Shown here: piece after piece, positions 56,957-64,000 of the stretch
Layout of the letters: each line of letters opens with the position of its first letter
Numbering within the stretch: position 1 is the first letter of the stretch
Origin: a virus
Lineage: Duplodnaviria; Caudoviricetes
Direction: 5' to 3' (one strand)
Length of the DNA stretch: 64,000 nt
Virus record (IMG/VR): IMGVR_UViG_3300042507_004311
Location: 1,796 to 65,795 of that record
Program-made: the position numbers and the translations under genes
Notes under the pieces: model-generated
What the model was told of the DNA's origin: nothing
Database searches by the model: none
What the model saw: the letters and a program-made list of their open reading frames with translations, nothing else

Positions 56957-57267
56957 TAGTGAAGATGTTTACTTGTTAGTGATGATCTTTTACTATGATC
57001 TTCACTAAATTTTTATCAATAAAAACAATAACTTGCGAAGATAGTGATGATAGTGATGATCTTTTTAATCAATGCTATGAAAAATTTATATTACATGATT
57101 CCTGTATATGTGTTTTGTGTTTATATAGTGGGAATGATAAAAAAATCAAAAGATCATCACTATCATCACTAAAAACTTATAACATGTTGAAAAATATATG
57201 CTTTTTCTTAGTGATGATCTTTTTATGATCTTCACTGATCTTCACTAATCATCACCATCTTCACTAA
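56957..57267. repeat. Iteron-like array with perfect 24-bp inverted repeat (candidate origin 2 / packaging signal)
   Basis: About 12 copies of TAGTGA(A/T)GAT in both orientations; inverted repeat 57042-57065 / 57148-57171 flanks an AT-rich core. Confidence 0.75.
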
Positions 57268-57427
57268 TTGCACTTTTATACAGCATCATAGAGTAAAAGA
57301 ATCGGGCAACAGTGACCCAGATGCTCCGCCCTTTTGAAAATTGGGGCTTTGTACTAGATCAATGTAGAACATTGTATAAGTTTGAAAAATGGTATCTTAG
57401 AAACATGCTTATAATTGGAGGATAAAG

Positions 57428-57958
57428 ATGATTGCTAGTGAATATTTTGATCGATTGAATGAAGGCGGGTGGCCAATTAGTAACCTAGATACTTTTCTAA
57501 GAGAAGTTCAGAATGGTTCTACTTTGAAACAAGCGGGCGTACTTGCAGATTTCACGCCTAAAAAGATTAAACAGGTTGAGAGTATCTACGCCCAATTTTG
57601 TGAGGATGAACTTGATGAATTTTCTATTGAGTTCATAGTTGGTTTCTATGTATCAAAGGCCATTGCACAAAGAGATAAACGGTGGCTTGGATTTGTAGAG
57701 GCGGGGGGCAAGCAAGCCAGTGCGGGCATGTGGCTTTTAGAACGCCGTGTAGGTGGTGAATTTGGCGCACCCGTCCAAAAAGTGCAGCAAGAGATCAAAG
57801 CGGGGGTTATGTACTCAAGCGTTCAAGAAGCCATAGAGGCAACACAAAAGAAACTAGGTATCAAACAGATTGAGGAGCAGGGGGATTATTGGGCAAAGCT
57901 ACAAACAGCCATCGCCCTTGATCAAGAGCTTCCAGCCTTGCCCATTGAAAAAAAATAA
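57428..57958 (+). CDS. Putative terminase small subunit
   Basis: HTH-like 'GSTLKQAGVLA' and 'AGMWLLERR...FG' pattern seen in TerS-like proteins; GGAGG RBS. Confidence 0.55.
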   Translation: MIASEYFDRLNEGGWPISNLDTFLREVQNGSTLKQAGVLADFTPKKIKQVESIYAQFCEDELDEFSIEFIVGFYVSKAIAQRDKRWLGFVEAGGKQASAGMWLLERRVGGEFGAPVQKVQQEIKAGVMYSSVQEAIEATQKKLGIKQIEEQGDYWAKLQTAIALDQELPALPIEKK

Positions 57959-58077
57959 CACTTGACCCCCTTAGCTTGTTATCATGCTTTAGTTTGATCT
58001 GAAACCTATCTAAAAACGATCAAAATCGCCTTTGGCATGGGTTGACCTACATACACATTTAAGAATGAAAAATAGCT

Positions 58078-58800
58078 ATGAAAAAACTATATACAAGGGA
58101 TTTTGTTAAACCTAAAAGCACATGCGAAGGGGCGCTTATCACAACACGCCGGGCGTTGGCTGATTGTGAGGTGCGTGGGTGGGTGGCTGATGATCTTGGC
58201 GTCCCTTATTCAAAGTTTTGTGAGTTCTTATCTACTAAGAACATTGAGAACGCTGAGATCATTAAAGCATGGTCAAAAAAATGGGAAATTGCACCATCGA
58301 TCATTAAGAAAATTGTTTTGATTGATCCCAATATACCGAGCATTTTAAAGACTACTAGAATGACAGATATCAAGGCCTCAGAAGTCTTAGCAAACTTAAA
58401 GTTTTGTGTATCCATAGTTCAAAGAAACCTAAATCAACCCATTGACGAGCAAAAGCGGGCGATTCGTAAATGGACGGGGTTAAATAGTGAATATGCAATA
58501 CTTTCCCCCAGCTTGTACCATTGTTCAGAGATACTTATTGATGCAAGTATAGATGAAGGTGCTTGTGAGTGCCATATTGACGAACGGATTCTTTTTATGG
58601 TGGCAACTTGGGGCGGGTGGCAACTAAGGGCGGAAATTGAACATTGGTTAACACATATTGCAACGATCTTTAGGGGCGTTTCACTTGGTTATTATCCTGT
58701 TGACCATATGCCAGAATTTACCACGTGTTCAATGAAAAAAGCGCCCATTGATGCACTTGAGAAACATAAGCTAGATTGTATTCAAAAAATCTTTATTTAG
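58078..58800 (+). CDS. Hypothetical protein (possible N-terminal HTH)
   Basis: 240-aa ORF; 'WVADDLGVPYSKFCEFL' is HTH-like. Confidence 0.55.
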   Translation: MKKLYTRDFVKPKSTCEGALITTRRALADCEVRGWVADDLGVPYSKFCEFLSTKNIENAEIIKAWSKKWEIAPSIIKKIVLIDPNIPSILKTTRMTDIKASEVLANLKFCVSIVQRNLNQPIDEQKRAIRKWTGLNSEYAILSPSLYHCSEILIDASIDEGACECHIDERILFMVATWGGWQLRAEIEHWLTHIATIFRGVSLGYYPVDHMPEFTTCSMKKAPIDALEKHKLDCIQKIFI

Positions 58801-58863
58801 GCATGCCTATGAAAACTTTTACTTATTGGATTTGTTTACATAGCACAAAACAAGGAGAACCGA

Positions 58864-59733
58864 ATGAAACCCATGCTTAAATATCCCGGCGGTAAATCAA
58901 GAGAATTGGATATCATAAACCCCAAGAACCTTGATCTATTCTCAACCCCGCATATTCCCAAGTTCAAAAGATTTATTGAACCATTTGTAGGTGGTGGCGC
59001 TTTGTTTTTTGATCTTGCCCCAAAGCATGCGATCATTAACGATGTCAATAGTAAGTTAGTCAACTTTTATAGAGATGTAAGAGATAACTATGATTTGATG
59101 ATTGCCCAATTAACGACAATTAAGGCGGTATATGATACTAATTCTAAACATCTACAAAAAGAAATTGAGAAGAACCCAGATGTAAAACATCGAGATCAAA
59201 ATAAAGAACTTTATTTTGCGTTGAGAGAAGAATTTAACCATTCCACGGGAAGATATCTTGAAAGCGTCCTTTATTATTTCATAAACAAAACAGCTTTCAG
59301 TGGAGCAATCCGATATAACCGAGAAGGATTTTTTAATCAATCTTTTAACTTTTCGCCAACCTTAAACATTTCTATCACTGAGGCACATTCAAACTTATTG
59401 AAAAATACAGATATATATAATGCGGATTATTCTACTATTTTTGAAAAAACAAGTACGGATGATTTTATGTTTTTAGACCCCCCATATGATTGTATATTTC
59501 ATGAATATGGAAATCTTAAAACACTAGACGCCAATAATGAAGAGTTTCAAAGACGATTAGCAAGCGATTACAAAAATCTACATTGCCCCGCTCTGATGGT
59601 GATATCTAAAACGCCTTTGATACAAGAGTTATATGCCCCCTATATCACGCAAACATATGAAAAAAGATATTCAGTAAACTATAAAAACGCTGTTAATACT
59701 ACGGTGGATCATGTGATCATAAAAAACTACTAA
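58864..59733 (+). CDS. dam: Dam-like (D12 class) adenine methyltransferase
   Basis: 'LKYPGGKS', 'EPFVGGGA', 'INDVN', 'RYNREGFFN', 'FLDPPY'. Confidence 0.9.
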   Translation: MKPMLKYPGGKSRELDIINPKNLDLFSTPHIPKFKRFIEPFVGGGALFFDLAPKHAIINDVNSKLVNFYRDVRDNYDLMIAQLTTIKAVYDTNSKHLQKEIEKNPDVKHRDQNKELYFALREEFNHSTGRYLESVLYYFINKTAFSGAIRYNREGFFNQSFNFSPTLNISITEAHSNLLKNTDIYNADYSTIFEKTSTDDFMFLDPPYDCIFHEYGNLKTLDANNEEFQRRLASDYKNLHCPALMVISKTPLIQELYAPYITQTYEKRYSVNYKNAVNTTVDHVIIKNY

Positions 59734-59814
59734 ATACAGATTTAAAATTAACAAGTAAGCAAATAAACATTGTAAAAAGTGTTAACAAATAACAAACCAC
59801 AAGGAAAAAGTACA

Positions 59815-60126
59815 ATGCGAAAGATCAAGCCCTCAATCAAGCAGGTTATCCATTTAGACCGCCCCCAAACAGCCATTTTAAAGCTGATTGCCATGATGGG
59901 CAATGTATCACAGAAAGAAGCGATCATCTCAATCTTTAACATGTCTTTAGGTTCACTACTCAAAGCGATCAATGATAAAGATGATATCCAATTCCTAGCG
60001 ATGCTTAAGACTTATGGCAACGAGGACACAACAAACCATTTATTCAATGAGCTTTTCAAACTCAACGATCAAAGGACTAAAGCAAAAGATGAACGCTTAC
60101 AACCAGACGAAACTAGAAATCTTTGA
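59815..60126 (+). CDS. Hypothetical protein
   Basis: ATG at 59815 after AAGGA. Confidence 0.55.
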   Translation: MRKIKPSIKQVIHLDRPQTAILKLIAMMGNVSQKEAIISIFNMSLGSLLKAINDKDDIQFLAMLKTYGNEDTTNHLFNELFKLNDQRTKAKDERLQPDETRNL

Positions 60127-60691
60127 ATTTCTTTGTTGTAAAGACCATTTAGACGAGAGCAGCACCATGAGAAACAGAACGCTTTATGACGATCTAAACA
60201 ATGAACTAGCGACCTCAAAAGATATCGCTGATCTTTGTGATCGTGCATCAATCTTGCTTAGTAACATTATCAAAATTGCAGACAACCCCGACGCCTTGGA
60301 TATATTCACAAAACAAGCAGAAGTATTAAGCCACATGTTCAAAGATATGTCCTATAAATGCCCTAAAAAGTCCGTTCGTTCGCTTGTTTCTGAGTGGATT
60401 AGGGAAGAAAAGACGCTTAGGGAAATGGCTGAATTACTCAATCAACAGGGATTGACCACCAACACGGGCAAGCCTTGGACTCATGCGCTTGTTGCCTATG
60501 CCTTCAAAGATTTATTTGATGCCAATAAAGAAAACCCCGCAGGGATTACAGCGTCAACCCGTGCAAAAGAATTACGAGATAGAGGGTGGAAATTAGAAGC
60601 TATTGCCAATGCGCTTAATGATGAAGGCTTCAAGACACAGCGGGGCGGGGTTTACACGTCCGGCACTGTTCACCACTTACTAAAGGATTAA
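60014..60691 (+). CDS. Protein with two recombinase-type DNA-binding repeats (no catalytic domain)
   Basis: 'LREMAELLNQQGLTTNTGKPW' and 'LEAIANALNDEGFKTQRGGVY'; start uncertain. Confidence 0.7.
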   Translation: MATRTQQTIYSMSFSNSTIKGLKQKMNAYNQTKLEIFEFLCCKDHLDESSTMRNRTLYDDLNNELATSKDIADLCDRASILLSNIIKIADNPDALDIFTKQAEVLSHMFKDMSYKCPKKSVRSLVSEWIREEKTLREMAELLNQQGLTTNTGKPWTHALVAYAFKDLFDANKENPAGITASTRAKELRDRGWKLEAIANALNDEGFKTQRGGVYTSGTVHHLLKD

Positions 60692-60698
60692 GAAACTT

Positions 60699-60983
60699 AT
60701 GAATGATGAAACTAAATTGATCATAGCTAGCTTAGATTTACTTGGCCAAATCGCTGAACCACTTCTAAGGGATGATCCACAAGTCCAAAAAGATGTCATA
60801 GATTTTATTGGTGCTTTGAAACACCATACACAAGAACAAGCCTTGATAGTACAGGGGGCAAAGATTAGAGGAAAAGTATTGAGTCAACAAGGCTTGCAAT
60901 TACTGAGATCATTAGCGCCTAGAATCCTTAGAGATAATACACAAGTTCAACAGGCGTTTATTAGTTTCTTAGATACAATTTGA
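60699..60983 (+). CDS. Hypothetical protein
   Basis: 94-aa ORF with weak internal duplication (LRDDPQVQ / LRDNTQVQ). Confidence 0.6.
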   Translation: MNDETKLIIASLDLLGQIAEPLLRDDPQVQKDVIDFIGALKHHTQEQALIVQGAKIRGKVLSQQGLQLLRSLAPRILRDNTQVQQAFISFLDTI

Positions 60984-61049
60984 TTTTAAAATTCATAGTT
61001 CAATGTAATGAATGTATACAAATAAGCACAATACAACGAGGAATACAAC

Positions 61050-61310
61050 ATGAACCCCCAAGACGCTTTTAATCATATTCAACCCTTGCCGGGGTTTGTT
61101 ATCATAGATTTCATTGCAACAGTTGATAATAATAAATCTTTAGCGGAAGTGATCGCTAAATCACCATGTGAAACACAGCTTCAAAGAACAGATAAGGTGC
61201 TTGTTCTGTTGGATGATCATGTAATAGGTTTCACTTTTAATGGTAAATATTACCATCGTATCAAGATGGATAATATTATTGGTATCTTGACACAACGCAA
61301 TAACCAATAA
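61050..61310 (+). CDS. GroES/Cpn10-like co-chaperonin
   Basis: 'IQPLPGFVII', 'AEVIA', 'DKVL', 'NGKYYHRIKMDNIIGIL'. Confidence 0.65.
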   Translation: MNPQDAFNHIQPLPGFVIIDFIATVDNNKSLAEVIAKSPCETQLQRTDKVLVLLDDHVIGFTFNGKYYHRIKMDNIIGILTQRNNQ

Positions 61311-61321
61311 ACAGGAGTATC

Positions 61322-61798
61322 ATGAAACCCGATCACTTAAAACAAAGAATGAATCAAGTCTTAGTACTTGCTGAAAGTTCAAGATGCCCCCGTAAAAAGT
61401 TCGGTTGTTTGATCATTGACCCCTTGAATAATCGTGTGATTAGTGACGGGTGGAATGGTGCGCCTAAAGGTGCTGAGCGTCTTTGTGGGGGTGAAGTATG
61501 CTTACGAGATCAAGCATGTATCCCCAGCGGGTCAAGTCCTCATGTTGGTTGTCACCATGCAGAAATGAACGCTATTTGTAATTCGGCATCTATGGGATCA
61601 AGCACTAAAGGCGCTTGGGCTATTGTCAACGGTGAACCTTGCCTTATGTGTGCTAAGATACTTCATCACGCCTTGATTAGTACCGTTGTTATTATTCGAG
61701 GGGCGTACTTAGGTGCAAAACTTACAGGGGACGAGGGCGTCCAATATCTTTTAAATCATGGGGTCAATGTAGTTTTTGAAAGGGTGGAGCATGTTTGA
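61322..61798 (+). CDS. dCMP deaminase
   Basis: 'SRCPRKKFGCLI', 'GWNGAP', 'HAEMNAI', 'PCLMCAK'. Confidence 0.92.
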   Translation: MKPDHLKQRMNQVLVLAESSRCPRKKFGCLIIDPLNNRVISDGWNGAPKGAERLCGGEVCLRDQACIPSGSSPHVGCHHAEMNAICNSASMGSSTKGAWAIVNGEPCLMCAKILHHALISTVVIIRGAYLGAKLTGDEGVQYLLNHGVNVVFERVEHV

Positions 61799-62042
61799 TT
61801 TTTTATATAGTTTCAATGGTTGCGTGTTTACCACCGCTATTTTATACCTGTCTATTTGGCTTCTTAAGTCTTGGTATGATCTAAGATTTATTAAGTTCAA
61901 TAAGCTACAAGTTACCTCTGTATCGGTGCTTGTGGGGTTTCTAATTTGGTTTGTATACCTATTAAGCGTTCAGATGCCGGGAATGGTCGCAACTTTTATG
62001 TTTGTCAATTTGATCATTGGTTCTCTTGAGGCTAAGGAGTAG
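61791..62042 (+). CDS. Hypothetical membrane protein
   Basis: Three hydrophobic segments. Confidence 0.55.
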   Translation: MFDFLYSFNGCVFTTAILYLSIWLLKSWYDLRFIKFNKLQVTSVSVLVGFLIWFVYLLSVQMPGMVATFMFVNLIIGSLEAKE

Positions 62043-62047
62043 GAGCA

Positions 62048-63061
62048 ATGAAAACTAATGAAATTTTACATGGTGATTGTTTAGACTTGTTGCCAAGTAT
62101 ACCAGATAAAAGTATAGATATGATCCTATGTGATTTGCCTTATGGTACAACAGCGTGTTCATGGGATTCTATTATTGACATGGGCAAACTTTGGGCTGAG
62201 TATGCAAGAGTGATCAAGGATAATGGGAACATTGTTTTGACAGCACAAGGCATGTTCTGTGCAAAGCTCATGACATTCAAAGAAACATGGTTTAATCATG
62301 ATTATGTATGGATAAAGAACCAACATTCAAATTTCGCTTTAGTAGGTATCCAGCCACTACGTATCTTTGAAAATGTACTTGTATTCAGACCACCAAGAAA
62401 AGATGATATAGATAGAGCATTTAACAAAGAACTGAGAGCATATTTTATGCAAGTAAATGATTTCATAGGTTTGACTGCAGAAAAGATAGCAAAGATAATA
62501 GGACATATGGGCTATCATCATTCTTACGGCGTTAATGGTTCACAGTTCGCACTATGTACAAAAGAAACCTATGATCAATTAATTGAGTGTTTCAAGATTG
62601 ACCAGATGGACGGATACTTGACCTTTGAAACTTTGCAATCTATGAAAGAGAAACAATTTAACGCACCATATACTTTTAACTTTGATGATCGTGTAAAAAC
62701 GCAAAAGGTAAAGATAAAAAATGCACTAAGAACAGATCAATATGGAAACTTAGATAAAAGACCGGATAAAGAACACATAAGCAAAGAGTATGAAAATTAT
62801 CCTAGAAACACGCTATATTTTGACTGTGAACGAGGTCAACACCCAACACAGAAGCCCGTTGCATTGTTTGAATATTTAATAAGAACCTATTCAAACGAGG
62901 GCGAAGTAATCCTAGATAATTGTTCAGGGAGCGGGACAACAGCGATTGCGTGTTTAAATAGTAATAGGCAATATATTTGCATGGAAAGGGATGAAACCTA
63001 TTACAAGCGATCACTTGAACGCATAGCGAACCATGAACCACTTTTACACTTGGGGAAATAG
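62048..63061 (+). CDS. DNA N6-adenine/N4-cytosine methyltransferase (beta class), paralogue 3, with insertion
   Basis: 'CDLPYG', 'HPTQKP', 'LDNCSGSGTT'; ~85 aa longer variable region. Confidence 0.92.
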   Translation: MKTNEILHGDCLDLLPSIPDKSIDMILCDLPYGTTACSWDSIIDMGKLWAEYARVIKDNGNIVLTAQGMFCAKLMTFKETWFNHDYVWIKNQHSNFALVGIQPLRIFENVLVFRPPRKDDIDRAFNKELRAYFMQVNDFIGLTAEKIAKIIGHMGYHHSYGVNGSQFALCTKETYDQLIECFKIDQMDGYLTFETLQSMKEKQFNAPYTFNFDDRVKTQKVKIKNALRTDQYGNLDKRPDKEHISKEYENYPRNTLYFDCERGQHPTQKPVALFEYLIRTYSNEGEVILDNCSGSGTTAIACLNSNRQYICMERDETYYKRSLERIANHEPLLHLGK

Positions 63062-63062
63062 T

Positions 63063-63239
63063 ATGAATGGGAATAGGTTAATCGTTCGCTTATGGATCAA
63101 TGATGAATGTATCTTAGATATATGTGAGAGTTTGGGGCGTGTGCATAGTATCTTAGACCCCTTTGTTCTTAGCAAGATAAGAGAACTAGAAAATAAGTAT
63201 CAAGGGCGGGCAAGGCAAACAATTTTAATCATGTCTTAG
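63063..63239 (+). CDS. Hypothetical protein
   Basis: Short ORF starting 1 nt after the upstream stop. Confidence 0.45.
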   Translation: MNGNRLIVRLWINDECILDICESLGRVHSILDPFVLSKIRELENKYQGRARQTILIMS

Positions 63240-63299
63240 TTAAATTTTAGAGTATTCATTGAACTATGTAAACTTGTGCATGATTAACAGGAGTACAAA

Positions 63300-63581
63300 A
63301 TGAACAAGTTTGAAAAGATAGCAAGCGACCTATCTACAATTTTATCTATGAAAAATGAAGCCTATGGGAACGCGTTTGACAAGACAACGCAAATACTCAC
63401 GCTTCTTTACCCCAACGGGATCAAGGTAGACCAATTTAAGGATGTTCATGTGATTGTTCGCATGCTTGATAAGCTCTCTAGGATTGCAAGGGATAACGAC
63501 CCTATGGGAGAAAGTCCCTATATGGACATAGCAGGTTATTCTATTTTGGCACTTGCTAGGGATGATGACTATGAAAACTAA
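63300..63581 (+). CDS. Nucleotide-modification-associated domain protein (Nmad1/DUF1599-like, MazG-like fold)
   Basis: 'KNEAYGNAF', 'VRMLDKLSRI', 'DIAGYSIL'. Confidence 0.7.
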   Translation: MNKFEKIASDLSTILSMKNEAYGNAFDKTTQILTLLYPNGIKVDQFKDVHVIVRMLDKLSRIARDNDPMGESPYMDIAGYSILALARDDDYEN

Positions 63582-64000
63582 TCAAGTGTTAAACGGTGAC
63601 TGTTTAGAATTGTTGCCAAGTATCCCCAGTAAATCTGTTGACATGATCTTATGTGACTTGCCTTATGGGACTACTGCGTGTTCATGGGATTCAGTTATCC
63701 CTTTAGATAGGTTATGGGCTGAGTATGAACGAGTAATCAAAGATAATGGCAACATCGTTTTAACTGCTCAAGGCGTGTTTTGTGCTGAGTTAATTTGTTA
63801 TAGGAAAACTTGGTTTACCCATGATTATGTGTGGATAAAGAACATGCAATCAAATCTAGGCTTAACAGGTATTCAACCACATAGATATTTTGAGAATGTA
63901 CTTGTGTTTAGACCACCTAGAAAAGATGATATAGAGATACAATTTAACAAGGAATTACGAGCGTATTTTAAGAAAGTTCATGAGTTCATAGGATTATCAA
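63571..64000 (+). CDS. DNA N6-adenine/N4-cytosine methyltransferase, paralogue 4 (3'-truncated by window edge)
   Basis: Manual translation: MKTNQVLNGDCLELLPSIPSKSVDMILCDLPYGTTACSWDS...; closest to ORF 62048. Confidence 0.9.
   Translation, partial: MKTNQVLNGDCLELLPSIPSKSVDMILCDLPYGTTACSWDSVIPLDRLWAEYERVIKDNGNIVLTAQGVFCAELICYRKTWFTHDYVWIKNMQSNLGLTGIQPHRYFENVLVFRPPRKDDIEIQFNKELRAYFKKVHEFIGLS

Noticed and set aside
56995-57228. 77-aa ORF in the track
   Set aside because: Overlies the iteron/inverted-repeat array; no RBS; the sequence is explained by the DNA repeats.
57300-57350. Two weak hairpins between the iteron array and TerS-like gene (possible structured RNA/tRNA)
   Set aside because: Short imperfect stems; no cloverleaf, T-loop or clear promoter/terminator support.
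860-57410. T(A)AGAAAC-like word upstream of several late genes (868, 1806, 5136, 7034, ~19977, ~57398) as a late promoter
   Set aside because: Too short and AT-rich, with inconsistent spacing, and partly explained by the duplications; needs motif statistics.
60014-60691. Serine integrase / temperate lifestyle
   Set aside because: No catalytic serine-recombinase domain, att site or repressor recognised in the window.
1-64000. Alternative genetic code, introns or inteins
   Set aside because: Standard code gives full-length, densely packed genes; TerL, PolA, helicase and NrdJ show no intein or intron-sized insertions.

Overview
The whole 64 kb is a gene-dense, AT-rich genome segment of a tailed dsDNA phage with a contractile tail. 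Its portal, capsid and sheath proteins resemble Twort/SPO1-type (Herelleviridae-like) myovirus proteins, and the host cannot be determined from the sequence. Order of modules: head (portal 3' part, accessory head proteins, MuF/gp7, prohead protease, scaffold, MCP; 1-11.5 kb), neck/tail/baseplate (11.6-30.8 kb, interrupted by a reverse-strand methyltransferase operon), replication (primase-helicase, PD-(D/E)XK nuclease, SF2 helicase, SSB, PolA; 31.1-40 kb), a reverse-strand block of terminase, tail fibre and lysis genes (40-48.3 kb), then an accessory/metabolic region (beta clamp, NrdJ, ThyX, RecU, TerS-like, GroES, dCMP deaminase, five adenine/N4C methyltransferases). No tRNA, rRNA, CRISPR array, integrase or repressor was recognised. 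Most notable: (1) a ~70-nt promoter-to-terminator transcript at ~37946-38017 that is antisense to a conserved ACCTTAAC(C)...AAAGGA leader found on at least four to five phage transcription units, i.e. a candidate multi-target sRNA; (2) a family of putative head-packaged proteins with a constant N-terminal tag (..L.K[AS]..HKY(I/V)RR(I/V)PKG) and unrelated C-terminal cargo, sitting in cassettes bounded by direct repeats; (3) a C5-methyltransferase encoded in two fully overlapping frames over 1.6 kb, with four tandem TRD-like repeats; (4) two homologous iteron-like inverted-repeat regions; (5) a probable +1 frameshift in the tail chaperone. All functional calls come from motif recognition by eye, with no database searches.
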